Assembly: GCA_965223705.1 (NCBI GenBank)
Contig: OZ245015.1
Coordinates: 640,001-704,000, forward strand
Direction: 5' to 3'
DNA from: Myxococcota bacterium
GTDB lineage: Bacteria; Myxococcota_A; UBA9160; UBA6930
Length of the DNA stretch: 64,000 nucleotides
Numbering within the stretch: the first letter of the stretch is position 1; each line of letters begins with the position of its first letter. The translations under genes and the position numbers were made by a program. Shown here piece by piece: positions 51,243 through 63,084 of the stretch. The notes beneath the pieces were generated by a model, which had not been told where the DNA came from, made no database searches, and saw only the letters and a program-made list of their open reading frames with translations.

Positions 51243-52544
51243 TTGACGAACGTACTTCGAGCGACCGCAATCCGCGGATTCGCATGGGCAACGTGTCTCG
51301 CAATCGCGCTCGGTGCCGGCGCGCCCGCAGCTGCCGGAGAGGCCGTCATCGACGACGTCCTGGGAATTCTCAAACAACGGGGGATTCTCGACGAAAACCA
51401 GTACAGCGAACTCACGGCGAAAAACGCGGTTTATGAAGAATCGCGCCAATCACTCCTCAGCCGTTTCGAGTTTTCGGGCGATCTTCGCGCGCGCCACGAG
51501 AGCTTCTGGTTCGACCGCGATCCGTTGGGTGTCGAAGCTTCGAATCGCTACCGGCTGCGCTACCGGCTACGCCTGAATGGGAAGGCCGCCGTCAACGAGT
51601 GGCTGTCGGTCGGTTTCCAACTCGCGACGGGAGAGGACCACAACAGCGGGAACAGCACGCTCGGCTCGAGCGTGAACGGCGACCCCCAGGAATGGGACGC
51701 CCACGGCATCTTCCTCCGGAAAGCCTATCTCGAGGCGAGGCTCCCGTTTGAAAACGTCAAGAGCTCGGTCCACTTCGGAAAGGTCAGCAACCCGTTTCGG
51801 TGGAAGATCGGCAAGGACTACTTGTGGGACGGCGATATCAATCCCGAGGGCGTCGCTGTCAAGATGGCGACGAATCTCTCAGAGAACGCCTCCGCCTTCA
51901 TGAACTTGGGCTACTTCATCGTCGATGAGGAGAGCGGAGGAAAGGATCCCCACATGTTCGGCGCTCAGGTCGGAGGCGAGGTCGGCGTCAGCGACAGCCT
52001 CGCCTTCGGAGGGCGGCTCTCGTACTACAACTGGCGTTCCCTGCAGAGCGACTTCATCGCACGCAACGCGGCAGACGGAAACATCGCCGGCGGTGTGGAA
52101 GGCGGGACCGACAACGAGATCAGCGTCGGCGAGCTGTCGCTCTACGCGAAGCTCTCATCGATCGATGGCTGGCCGATTCTCGCCTACGGCACGTACGCGC
52201 AGAACTTCGATGCGGAGAGCACGCTCGGCGCTTCGAAAGAAGATTCCGCCTTCGGCATCGGATTCGAGATCGGCGACAAGAAGCACATCGTCAAACTGGG
52301 CGCGGCCTACTGGGAAATGGAGGCGAACGCGCTGCCGGCGAATTTCGTCGACAGCAACTTGTTCGACGGCCACACGAACCGGGAGGGTTTCGTCTTTTAC
52401 GGTTCCAAGACCGTTCTCAAGAACACGGATCTCAATCTGACGTTGTTCATGGGTGAAGAGCTCGAGGACGACGCGGCTTTCGCCGCCGATCTCGGAAATT
52501 CGGATCGGATCCGATTCCAGACCGATCTCGTCGTGAAGTTCTAG
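51243..52544 (+). CDS. putative outer-membrane porin (likely phosphate-starvation induced)
   Basis: Signal peptide; FSGDLRARHE, RLRYRLRL, WDGDINPEG; C-terminal Phe. Confidence 0.85.
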   Translation: MTNVLRATAIRGFAWATCLAIALGAGAPAAAGEAVIDDVLGILKQRGILDENQYSELTAKNAVYEESRQSLLSRFEFSGDLRARHESFWFDRDPLGVEASNRYRLRYRLRLNGKAAVNEWLSVGFQLATGEDHNSGNSTLGSSVNGDPQEWDAHGIFLRKAYLEARLPFENVKSSVHFGKVSNPFRWKIGKDYLWDGDINPEGVAVKMATNLSENASAFMNLGYFIVDEESGGKDPHMFGAQVGGEVGVSDSLAFGGRLSYYNWRSLQSDFIARNAADGNIAGGVEGGTDNEISVGELSLYAKLSSIDGWPILAYGTYAQNFDAESTLGASKEDSAFGIGFEIGDKKHIVKLGAAYWEMEANALPANFVDSNLFDGHTNREGFVFYGSKTVLKNTDLNLTLFMGEELEDDAAFAADLGNSDRIRFQTDLVVKF

Positions 52545-52572
52545 GCCTTTCGGTGACCCTGCGGGGATTGAA

Positions 52573-52590
52573 ACTTCATCGATCTGTAAC
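52573..52590 (+). promoter_or_regulatory. possible second Pho box upstream of pstS
   Basis: ACTTCAT-cgat-CTGTAAC, 11-bp period. Confidence 0.45.
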
Positions 52591-52668
52591 GAAGACGCGC
52601 ACAGTCGCGCCGTCCAACCGGGTAGCCTCCCGGGCCAGGCCCAGGGAAACAAAGGGATATCACGCTAC

Positions 52669-53718
52669 ATGATGAAAACGACTCTTCGTACGTCCAGTGT
52701 GCTCGCGATCGCATGCGCGGCCACTTTCGCTTTGCACGCCGATTCCGCCGCCGCGCGGGATGAAATCCGCATTGTCGGTTCATCGACGGTGTTTCCGTTC
52801 TCCACTGCTGTCGCCGAGAGCTTCGGCCGCAAGACGTCCTTCAAGACACCGGTCGTCGAAAGTACGGGTTCCGGTGGCGGGTTGAAGCTCTTCTGTGCCG
52901 GCACGGGTGTCGACACTCCCGACATCACGAACGCATCGCGTCGCATCAAGGCTTCCGAAGTCGAGAACTGTGCAAGCAACGGCGTGACGGACATTATCGA
53001 GATCAAGATCGGCTTCGACGGTATCGTCCTCGCCAACGCGAAAAAGGCCGCTCGCATGTCCTTGACGAAGGAGCAGATCTTCCGCGCGCTCGCGAAAGAC
53101 ATCCCCGTGGACGGCAAGCTCGTGCCGAACCCCTATAAAACCTGGAAGGACGTCGACGCGTCTCTTCCGGATCGCCGTATCGAGGTCCTCGGGCCGCCGC
53201 CTACGTCCGGCACGCGCGACGCGTTCGTCGAGCTGGCCATGGAAGGGGGCGCAAAGGCGATCCCGATGCTGGCCGAGCAGAGAGAAAAAGACAAGAAAGC
53301 GTTCAAGGCGATCGCCCACGCGATCCGCGAAGACGGCGCGTACGTGGAGGCGGGCGAGAACGACAACCTGATCGTCCAGAAGCTCGAAGCGAATCCCGAC
53401 GCCTTGGGAATCTTCGGCTTCTCCTTCCTTGACCAGAACGCCGACAAAGTCCAGGGCAGCTTGGTCGACAACACGGAGCCGACGTTCGAGAACATCGCCA
53501 GCGGCGATTACGGCGTTTCGCGCTCCCTCTACTTCTACGTGAAGAAAGCCCACATCGGAGTCGTTCCCGGCGTGGAAGAATTCATCAACGAATTCACGAG
53601 CGAAGCGGCCGGCGGCGAAGAAGGTTACCTCGCCGATCGCGGCCTCATCCCGCTACCGGCCGGCGATCGAAAGAAAGTCCGGGACGACGGAGCGAGCCTA
53701 GCCCTCCTCGAGATGTAG
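52669..53718 (+). CDS. pstS: phosphate ABC transporter substrate-binding protein
   Basis: IVGSSTVFP, STGSGGG, NASR, GPPPTSGTRDAF. Confidence 0.95.
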   Translation: MMKTTLRTSSVLAIACAATFALHADSAAARDEIRIVGSSTVFPFSTAVAESFGRKTSFKTPVVESTGSGGGLKLFCAGTGVDTPDITNASRRIKASEVENCASNGVTDIIEIKIGFDGIVLANAKKAARMSLTKEQIFRALAKDIPVDGKLVPNPYKTWKDVDASLPDRRIEVLGPPPTSGTRDAFVELAMEGGAKAIPMLAEQREKDKKAFKAIAHAIREDGAYVEAGENDNLIVQKLEANPDALGIFGFSFLDQNADKVQGSLVDNTEPTFENIASGDYGVSRSLYFYVKKAHIGVVPGVEEFINEFTSEAAGGEEGYLADRGLIPLPAGDRKKVRDDGASLALLEM

Positions 53719-53734
53719 AATGGCCTCGAGGTAA

Positions 53735-53763
53735 GAGCGGCCGCGGTAACCCCGCGGCCGCTC
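53735..53763 (+). other. intercistronic 12-bp hairpin between pstS and pstC (mRNA stabiliser or partial terminator)
   Basis: GAGCGGCCGCGG-TAACC-CCGCGGCCGCTC, no U-tract. Confidence 0.65.
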
Positions 53764-53767
53764 ACCC

Positions 53768-55162
53768 TTGGGTGTACTGCCTGTGAATCTAGTTGCCATC
53801 GCCACGTTGCTGCTGCTCACAGCCTCGGCCTTCGTGTTGGGAAGGCGGCGCGCGTTGGCTCTCGTGGGACCCTCCGTCCCCAAACTCCACTCCCGTCCGC
53901 ACTACTACGGTCACTACGTCGCGATTTGGTGCGGTGTTCCAGCGCTACTCGTCGTCTTGGCGTTTCAGCTCGGTTTTCCATGGCTCGCCGACGGACTGAT
54001 CGCAGCGGACGCCCCGGCGGAGGTTCGCGCCGCCGGCTCGGAGACGCTCTCGCGTTGGGTCGCGGACGCGCGGAGCTTGGCCGCGGGCGAGTCGGCGATC
54101 CTCGAGGCCGATGACCGTCTCCGCGCGGCATCGAGGCGCGCGGTGAGCCTCGACCGGATCGGAAATGCTTCGCTTCTCGTTCTGGTGCTAGCCGCTGCGG
54201 CGGCTGGCTTGGCGACCGCGCTTCGCCGCGTTGAACCGAACCTCCGGGCGCGACCCGTCGTCGAAAACGCGGTACGCGCGGTGTTGGCGGGCTGTTCGTC
54301 CACCGCGATTTTCGTGACGGTCGGGATCGTATTGTCCCTGGTTTTCGAGGCGGCGCGTTTCTTCGCCCTCGTATCACCGGCGGAGTTCCTCTTCGACACT
54401 ACCTGGAGTCCCCAGACGGCCCTGCGCAGCGATCAAGTCGGCGCATCGGGAACGTTCGGGGCCGTCCCCGTCTTTGCCGGAACGCTCCTCATCACCGCGA
54501 TCGCCATGTCCGTCGCCGTGCCGATCGGACTGATGTCGGCCATCTACCTGTCGGAATACGCGGGGCCGCGCATGCGTTCGATCGTGAAGCCCCTGTTGGA
54601 AATTCTGGCCGGCATTCCCACCGTCGTCTATGGCTTCTTCGCGGCGCTCAGCGTCGCTCCCTGGGTGCGGCGGTTCGGTGAGTCACTCGGCCTCGAAGTC
54701 GCTTCCGAGAGTGCGTTGGCGGCTGGGCTGGTGATGGGAGTGATGATCATTCCCTTTGTCTCTTCGCTTTCGGACGACGTCATCAACGCGGTGCCGAGCG
54801 CACTGCGAGAGGGCTCGCTCGGGCTCGGGGCCACGCGCTCCGAAACCGTTGTCCGAGTCGTACTGCCCGCGGCGCTTCCCGGCATCGTCGGTTCGATCTT
54901 GCTCGCGGTGTCTCGTGCGATCGGGGAGACGATGATCGTCGTGATGGCGGCGGGCTTGGCTGCGAATCTGACGGCCAACCCGTTTGCGGCCGTGACCACG
55001 GTGACTGTTCAGATCGTGACACTGTTGGTCGGCGACCAAGAGTTCGACAGCGCGAAGACCCTCGCGGCGTTTGCCCTCGGACTTCTCTTGTTCTGCGTGA
55101 CGCTCGCGCTGAACGTTCTGGCTCTTCACGTCGTGCGGCGCTACCGGGAACAATATGACTGA
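53768..55162 (+). CDS. pstC: phosphate ABC transporter permease
   Basis: LHSRP, KPLLEILAGIPTVVYG, EAA-like loop, SRAIGETM. Confidence 0.95.
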   Translation: MGVLPVNLVAIATLLLLTASAFVLGRRRALALVGPSVPKLHSRPHYYGHYVAIWCGVPALLVVLAFQLGFPWLADGLIAADAPAEVRAAGSETLSRWVADARSLAAGESAILEADDRLRAASRRAVSLDRIGNASLLVLVLAAAAAGLATALRRVEPNLRARPVVENAVRAVLAGCSSTAIFVTVGIVLSLVFEAARFFALVSPAEFLFDTTWSPQTALRSDQVGASGTFGAVPVFAGTLLITAIAMSVAVPIGLMSAIYLSEYAGPRMRSIVKPLLEILAGIPTVVYGFFAALSVAPWVRRFGESLGLEVASESALAAGLVMGVMIIPFVSSLSDDVINAVPSALREGSLGLGATRSETVVRVVLPAALPGIVGSILLAVSRAIGETMIVVMAAGLAANLTANPFAAVTTVTVQIVTLLVGDQEFDSAKTLAAFALGLLLFCVTLALNVLALHVVRRYREQYD

Positions 55163-56447
55163 GTCGGGAATGAGCACCCATGCATCGGAAGCGGCCAAGA
55201 AGCGGCGCGCCAGGCGACACGCGAGAGAGCGCTGGTTTCGATGGACGGGCTTCGCCGCGATTTCGCTGGCCCTCGGAGCGCTGGCCATCTTGATGGTCAC
55301 GATCGGTGTGCGAGGTGTGCCCGGCTTCTACCGCCACGTCGTAGCCCTGGATGTCCAGTTTGATGCGGAGCGACTCGGCACCGACCTGAGCCTGGATCCG
55401 GAGCTCCGAAACGGAAATTTTGGCGCCTGGGTGAAGGACGCGTTGCAAGTGTCCTACCCCGACGTTACGTCGCGGCGAGATCGTCGCGCCCTCGGCAAGC
55501 TGGTGTCGAGCGGAGCGCCGTACCAACTTCGCGAGCTTCTGCTCGAGGAACCGGACCGTTTAGGTGGGCGACACCGCGTCGTCGTGCCCCTTTCGGCCGA
55601 TGCGGACACGTTCCTCAAAGGGACGATTTCCCGCGATTTGCCCGAGGCCGACCGAAACATAAGCGACGCGCAGATCGCGTGGCTCGACGGATGGGAGGCG
55701 GAAGGCCGAATCGAACGTGTCCTCAACCGGGACTTCTTCACATCGGGGGACAGCCGCGATCCCGAGCTCGCCGGTATCTGGGGAGCCGTCGTCGGGTCTT
55801 TCTGGGCACTCCTGATCGCGTTGGCCGTGTCCTTCCCAGTCGGCGTTGCCGCCGCCGTTCATTTGGAAGAGTTCGCAAAGAAGAGCCGGTTGAACGACTT
55901 CATCGAAGTCAACATCAACAACCTCGCCGCAGTGCCTTCCATCGTGTTCGGTCTACTCGGACTCGCGGTCTTCTTAAACTTCATCGGGATGCCACGATCC
56001 GCGCCACTGGTCGGAGGGATGGTGCTTTCGCTGATGACCCTTCCCGTCGTGATCATCGCGTCGCGTTCGGCGATTGGTGCGGTTCCGCCGTCGATTCGAG
56101 AGGCGGCACTCGGGATGGGGGCTTCGCGCTTGCAGGTCGTCACCCATCACGTTCTTCCACTGGCATTGCCGGGCATCATGACCGGGACCATCATCGGAAT
56201 GGCCCGGGCCCTGGGCGAAACGGCCCCGCTTCTGATGATCGGTATGGTGGCGTTTATCGTCGACGTCCCGGACGGGCCGTTGGCGCCGTCCACGGCCCTG
56301 CCGGTCCAAATCTACTTGTGGGCGGACAGCCCCGAGCGAGCTTTCGTCGAAAAGACCTCTGCGGCCATTCTTGTGCTTCTCGCTTTCCTCATTGCTATGA
56401 ACCTGGTCGCAGTCCTTCTACGGAACCGGTTCGAGCGACGCTGGTAG
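55155..56447 (+). CDS. pstA: phosphate ABC transporter permease
   Basis: NINNLAAVPSIVFG, REAALGMGAS, ARALGETAP. Confidence 0.95.
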   Translation: MTESGMSTHASEAAKKRRARRHARERWFRWTGFAAISLALGALAILMVTIGVRGVPGFYRHVVALDVQFDAERLGTDLSLDPELRNGNFGAWVKDALQVSYPDVTSRRDRRALGKLVSSGAPYQLRELLLEEPDRLGGRHRVVVPLSADADTFLKGTISRDLPEADRNISDAQIAWLDGWEAEGRIERVLNRDFFTSGDSRDPELAGIWGAVVGSFWALLIALAVSFPVGVAAAVHLEEFAKKSRLNDFIEVNINNLAAVPSIVFGLLGLAVFLNFIGMPRSAPLVGGMVLSLMTLPVVIIASRSAIGAVPPSIREAALGMGASRLQVVTHHVLPLALPGIMTGTIIGMARALGETAPLLMIGMVAFIVDVPDGPLAPSTALPVQIYLWADSPERAFVEKTSAAILVLLAFLIAMNLVAVLLRNRFERRW

Positions 56448-56456
56448 GGAGGATTG

Positions 56457-57230
56457 ATGCCGGGACCTGAATATTTGACCAAGATCAGCACACGTGATCT
56501 CAGCGTCTTTTACGGGGACAAGCAGGCCATCTTCGATGTCAATCTCGATATCGGAGCGCGCCGGGTCACCGCGTTGATCGGCCCTTCGGGCTGCGGCAAG
56601 TCGACTTACCTGCGTTGTCTCAACCGCATGAACGATGTCATCGAATCGTGCCGCGTGGAAGGCAAGATCACAATCGACGGCGACGACATCTACGATCGAT
56701 CGATCGACCCGGTGCAGCTTCGTGCTCGGGTCGGCATGGTGTTTCAGAAGCCGAACCCGTTCCCGAAATCCATTTTCGAGAACGTCGCCTACGGGCCCCG
56801 GATTCACGGGTTGGCAAACGGCCGCGAAGAACTCGAGCACATCGTCGTTACCAGTCTCGAGCGGGCGGGCTTGTTCGACGAAGTGAAGGACCGCCTCCAC
56901 GAACCGGGCACCGGGTTGTCAGGAGGACAGCAGCAACGGTTGTGTATCGCCCGGGCGATCGCCGTCGATCCCGACGTGATCTTGATGGACGAGCCGTGCT
57001 CTGCTCTCGATCCCATCGCTACGGCGAAGATCGAAGAGCTCATGACGGAGTTGCGAGAGAAGTATACGATCGTCATCGTGACGCACTCTATGCAACAAGC
57101 GGGACGGGTCTCGCAACGAACGGCGTTCTTCCATCTGGGCGTGTTGATCGAAGAGGGCGAGACTGGACAGATTTTTACCGACCCCAAACACGAAATGACT
57201 CAGGACTACATTACTGGGCGCTTCGGTTAG
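56457..57230 (+). CDS. pstB: phosphate ABC transporter ATPase
   Basis: [41 protein letters not shown]. Confidence 0.97.
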   Translation: MPGPEYLTKISTRDLSVFYGDKQAIFDVNLDIGARRVTALIGPSGCGKSTYLRCLNRMNDVIESCRVEGKITIDGDDIYDRSIDPVQLRARVGMVFQKPNPFPKSIFENVAYGPRIHGLANGREELEHIVVTSLERAGLFDEVKDRLHEPGTGLSGGQQQRLCIARAIAVDPDVILMDEPCSALDPIATAKIEELMTELREKYTIVIVTHSMQQAGRVSQRTAFFHLGVLIEEGETGQIFTDPKHEMTQDYITGRFG

Positions 57231-57243
57231 ATCGGGAGATGCG

Positions 57244-57924
57244 ATGACACGCATCGTCGAGCCGTTCATTCAGGATCTGCGCGAGAAGGTGCTCCAGATG
57301 GGGCGTCTTTCCGAGGAGATCCTCGAGAAATCGATGCGGGCCGTGTTCGATCGCGACCGCGAGCTCGCCGATGAGATCGGCAAAGACGATCTCGAAATCG
57401 ACCGCTTCGACCTGTTGATCGATGAGTCGGTGCTCAGGGCCTTGGCACTTCAAGCGCCACTCGCCGATGACCTCCGCTTGGTCATCGCGATCAAGATGAT
57501 GGCAACGGATCTCGAGCGCGTCGGAGATCTCGCCCGCAACATCGCAAAATGCGCAGTCCGCCTCTCGGAGCATCCGGAAGTCACGGTACCTTCGAAGCTC
57601 AAAGATCTCGCGTACGAGGCGCAACGTCTGCTCCGCCGTGCGATGGACAGCTTCAGCCGAAGCGACGTGCTGCGCGCCGAGAGCGTTCTCGACGACGACG
57701 ATCAAGTCGATTCCGATCAGGACGAGGTCGTCCGCCAAGCGGTTCTTCAGATTACGCAGCACCCGGAGCTCAGCAGCCAAGGAATCGATTTCATTTTGAT
57801 CGCAAAGAACCTCGAGCGCGTGGCCGATCACGCGACGAATATCGCGGAAGAAGTGATCCTCTGGACCGACGGCCGCAACTTGAAGCACGCGGGCAAGCTC
57901 CAGACCGGAGCGTCTGGCGCTTAG
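57244..57924 (+). CDS. phoU: phosphate signalling protein PhoU
   Basis: Two PhoU repeats: DLERVGD and LERVADHATNIAE. Confidence 0.95.
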   Translation: MTRIVEPFIQDLREKVLQMGRLSEEILEKSMRAVFDRDRELADEIGKDDLEIDRFDLLIDESVLRALALQAPLADDLRLVIAIKMMATDLERVGDLARNIAKCAVRLSEHPEVTVPSKLKDLAYEAQRLLRRAMDSFSRSDVLRAESVLDDDDQVDSDQDEVVRQAVLQITQHPELSSQGIDFILIAKNLERVADHATNIAEEVILWTDGRNLKHAGKLQTGASGA

Positions 57925-57948
57925 CCAGGCGCCTTCGATTTCCGGCCG

Positions 57949-58776
57949 ATGAATCGAAGCGATCAGGCCATCGAAGAGCGCTTCATCGAACTCATGGTTC
58001 CCGCCGCGCGTCACGCCGCGCGCATCGCGAGTGCGCTCGAGGGCCAAGTAGCGAACCGCCCGAAAGCCGGCGAAGCCACGCCGGTGAAAGCGGCGCTGAC
58101 AATTGCCGATTCCGCGGCGCAAGAAGCCATCCTGGTGCCGCTGGCCGATGGGCTGCCAAACGTCATGTTGCGCGCGGAGGAAGATACGCCGAGCGTTCGG
58201 CGGTTTCCGACGGAGAGTCCGCATTTGGTTGTCGTCGATCCCATCGACGGAACCCTCCACGCCTATCTCGAGAGGGCCGGGCCGTACAGCGTCATGATCG
58301 GTCTCGCGCGCGGCGATCGTTACCGCGCGTCGGTCATCGCACTTCCGCGAGAGAACATCCTCGTCTACGGGGTTTCCGGAAGCGAAGCGCGAGTCGAGCC
58401 ATTGAGCGAGGACGGGGCGCCCGTTCCTTCCGAAGTGGACGGACGCGATGTTCTCGTTTCTCAGGGCGTTTCCGAGGACGTACGCGGCCGAATTCGCGAA
58501 GCCGGCTTCAGGCCGCGTTTCGGGAGCGGCGGCGCCATTGCGCTCGCTCCGCTTCTTCCAGGCGTCAGCGCCGGTCTTCGGGTGAGCGAGGGCCCGGAAG
58601 GTGTGAGCATTCGCGGTCGCATCGGTGTGTTGCTCTCGCGATGCCGAGAAGGAGTTGCCGTCGCGTCGCGCGACGGTGATTTTCCGGACGACCTTTCGAC
58701 CCCTTGTCACACACTTCTAGTCGCTCGTCGAACGGAAGAGATCGAGATGCTGCGCGCGGCGCTTCGCACACGCTGA
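57949..58776 (+). CDS. inositol monophosphatase-superfamily protein
   Basis: T.AD...QE, AEE, VVDPIDGT. Confidence 0.75.
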   Translation: MNRSDQAIEERFIELMVPAARHAARIASALEGQVANRPKAGEATPVKAALTIADSAAQEAILVPLADGLPNVMLRAEEDTPSVRRFPTESPHLVVVDPIDGTLHAYLERAGPYSVMIGLARGDRYRASVIALPRENILVYGVSGSEARVEPLSEDGAPVPSEVDGRDVLVSQGVSEDVRGRIREAGFRPRFGSGGAIALAPLLPGVSAGLRVSEGPEGVSIRGRIGVLLSRCREGVAVASRDGDFPDDLSTPCHTLLVARRTEEIEMLRAALRTR

Positions 58777-58779
58777 GGG

Positions 58780-60444
58780 CTACATGTTCGTGTAGTCCGG
58801 TCCCTCGCCGCCCTCAGGTGGTGTCCACGTGATCACCTGATAGGGGTCGGCGATGTCGCACGTCTTGCAATGGACGCAGTTTTCGTGGTGGATAAAGAGC
58901 TTCTTCTTTCCGGGATTGTCCGTATCGTCGACCATCTCGTAGACCGCTGCCGGACAAAACGACTCGCAGGGGTTCCCGTATTCGACCGAACACACGTCCC
59001 GACATAGGTCGGTATCGGCGACGACAAGGTGCGACGGCTGGTCGGCTTCGTGCTGCGTGCCACTGAAGCCGACGAGATGCTCCTTCGTGAAGGTGAGCTT
59101 GCCGTCGAACTCAAACTCGGGCTTGTTCCGCTTGTGGGGCGGGAGCTCTGACAGCTTTTTGTAGTGCTTGTACCCGGGTTTGAACTTGATCCGATCCTGC
59201 AGGCCCGCTCCGTCGGTCAGGAATTGGCGCACGGGTTCGTTGAGGAAGAAGAACGGCAATCCTTTCGTGAAAGCACCGTGGAAATTTCTCGCGGCGTAGT
59301 GCTCATCGTAAGCCCAGCTCCGCCGATAGCGCTCCGCGTAACCGCCCAAAGTGGTTGTGCTGTAGTCGTCTGCCGCGATCGCGTCGGCGATGGCTTCCGC
59401 CGCCATCATTCCCGACTTCATCGCCATATGGACGCCGGCGAGTCGCTCCGCATTGCAGAACCCGGCGGAATCGCCGATCAACATCGCACCGTCGGTGTAG
59501 AGCTTCGGTTGCGAATACAGACCGCCCATCGGAATGGCTTTTGCGCCGTAGCGGATCAGCTCGCCACCTTCGAGTAGGTCGCGCATAAAGGGATGCGTCT
59601 TGAAGCGCTGCGCCGTCAGGTGCGGGTCGTGGTAGGGGTTCTCGGCGTCTAAGGCGCTGACGAACCCGTAGGACACGAGGTTGTCTTTCATGTCGTAGAG
59701 CCACATACCACCGAACGCGTTCAGAAGTTCGTGTGCCACGATGCCGTGAATGACACGCCCCGGCCGGTGCTTCTCGGGCTTGATCTTCCAGATTTCCTTG
59801 ATGCCGGTTTCGAAGACCTGGGGATTCTCCCCGTGTAAATCGAATCGGTCGATCAGCTGCTTCGACAACGTCCCGCGAACGCCCTCGCCGAGTACCGTGA
59901 CCTTGGCGAGAATGTCCATCCCGGGCTGGTACGTGCCCTTCGGCTTGCCCTCTCGATCGACACCCATATCACCCATCCGGACGCCCACGACACGCCCGTT
60001 CTCGATGAGGAGTTTGTCCCCGGCGAACCCCGGATAGATCTCGACCCCGGCGGCTTCACAGCGCTCGCCCAACCACTTGACCACGTTGCTGAGCGATACG
60101 ACGTGGTAGCCCTTCTTCTTGAAGAAGGGCGGGTTGATGGGCGAGCGCAATTTCGCTTTCGGAAAGAAGAAATACGTCATGTCGTTGTCGCAGACGTATT
60201 CCGTCGGGAACCCCTGTTCGGCGAAATCGGGAATGAGCTCGCGAATCGCTTTGGGGTTCATGACGGCGCCGGAAAGCATGTGATCACCGATTTCGGCGGA
60301 CTTCTCAATGACGAGGATCGTGGGAGGCTCGAGACCCCGCGATTCGACCTCCTGCATCAGCCTGAGAGCGGAGGCCATGGTGGCCGGCCCCGCACCGACG
60401 TACAGGACATCGACTTCCATGTTTTCTCGTTCGGGCTGACTCAT
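58780..60444 (-). CDS. electron transfer flavoprotein-ubiquinone oxidoreductase
   Basis: VGAGPA, SGAV, IYPGF, YGAKAI, GDSAG, FCPAAVYE, NCVHCKTCDIADP. Confidence 0.95.
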   Translation of the reverse strand: MSQPERENMEVDVLYVGAGPATMASALRLMQEVESRGLEPPTILVIEKSAEIGDHMLSGAVMNPKAIRELIPDFAEQGFPTEYVCDNDMTYFFFPKAKLRSPINPPFFKKKGYHVVSLSNVVKWLGERCEAAGVEIYPGFAGDKLLIENGRVVGVRMGDMGVDREGKPKGTYQPGMDILAKVTVLGEGVRGTLSKQLIDRFDLHGENPQVFETGIKEIWKIKPEKHRPGRVIHGIVAHELLNAFGGMWLYDMKDNLVSYGFVSALDAENPYHDPHLTAQRFKTHPFMRDLLEGGELIRYGAKAIPMGGLYSQPKLYTDGAMLIGDSAGFCNAERLAGVHMAMKSGMMAAEAIADAIAADDYSTTTLGGYAERYRRSWAYDEHYAARNFHGAFTKGLPFFFLNEPVRQFLTDGAGLQDRIKFKPGYKHYKKLSELPPHKRNKPEFEFDGKLTFTKEHLVGFSGTQHEADQPSHLVVADTDLCRDVCSVEYGNPCESFCPAAVYEMVDDTDNPGKKKLFIHHENCVHCKTCDIADPYQVITWTPPEGGEGPDYTNM

Positions 60445-60479
60445 GCTGGGCTCCCATTCATTTTCCCCACCATAGATGA

Positions 60480-62041
<1,562 letters not shown>

Positions 62042-62070
62042 CGATCGGTTCCGGGCCGTATACTGGCGCC

Positions 62071-63084
62071 ATGAGCCGTCGCGTGCCCAATCCGCGTGCC
62101 CCGTCGCATCGCGAAACTTCGGTGAACGAAGCCGCTGTCGAGTTCGTCGGAATCGTTCGCGACTTTTTGTTGGGGAGCCGCGCGCTGTTGCGAATTGCGG
62201 AGAGCTTTCGCGCCGGCTCGTTGCAGTTCGGCGAAGTCGAAGCGCTTGTCGGCGACACGACCGACAGCGTTCTGTTCCGTTTGAAGGAGCGCTGCCACGC
62301 CTTGTTCCGCGGAACGTCGACCGGGCTCGCTCGGGAAGCCGTGTTCGACCTCGCGGTCGGCGCGTTGTTTCACGAGGCGATGAAGTTCCGAGAAAACTTC
62401 TACCAACAGGCCGTGTATGCGCCGAAGCTGTTGTCCCTGGAAGCTCGGGGTGACGAAGACGCGCGGCGCTTGCTCGATGCGTCGCGGGAGCTCCTCGCGG
62501 CGTCGAAGGATCGTTCGGAAGGCGTCCTGCGCGAACTCATGCGCTGGCACGGAGAAACCACGCAGCAATTCCAGCGGCTGGTCATCACGCATCGAGACAA
62601 CGCCTACGTGACGCGCTTCTTTCTCGAACACCGGCAGCTCGCGGAAGAGGCGATGGACGAACCGATCGATGCATTGTTGTCGCGTTTTTGGGGTGATCCG
62701 GAAGCCGCATACCGACGCGCCGCGCGCTCTTTTCTCGACGGAGGGCATTTTGACGACGCGCTTTTGTGCCTCGCGTCTGCCGGTAGCGACCGAGACGGCG
62801 ACCTCGAGCGTTGGGGTGCCTACGCCCGCGGGATGAAGGCGTACCTCGCGTCGGACTACGCGGTGGCCGTCCGCGAGCTCGGGCATTGGTGTCGCGACCG
62901 TCGCGCGGAACCGGCGTTTGCGAGCCTCGCACTGGCGGCGCTCACGCGCGCGAGCGTCGCACTCGCCGAGCGGGGTGAAACCGGGCTCGCCACGGAAGCG
63001 AAGGAGCTTTGCGAGCTCGCCCACCGCTTGGACGAGCGAGAAGGCGCGACTCACGCGGATTCGGATCGTTCCCGCGACCGGTAG
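62071..63084 (+). CDS. all-helical hypothetical protein with TPR-like C-terminus
   Basis: 337-aa ORF; LFRLKERCH...FHEAMKFREN.YQ block. Confidence 0.75.
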   Translation: MSRRVPNPRAPSHRETSVNEAAVEFVGIVRDFLLGSRALLRIAESFRAGSLQFGEVEALVGDTTDSVLFRLKERCHALFRGTSTGLAREAVFDLAVGALFHEAMKFRENFYQQAVYAPKLLSLEARGDEDARRLLDASRELLAASKDRSEGVLRELMRWHGETTQQFQRLVITHRDNAYVTRFFLEHRQLAEEAMDEPIDALLSRFWGDPEAAYRRAARSFLDGGHFDDALLCLASAGSDRDGDLERWGAYARGMKAYLASDYAVAVRELGHWCRDRRAEPAFASLALAALTRASVALAERGETGLATEAKELCELAHRLDEREGATHADSDRSRDR

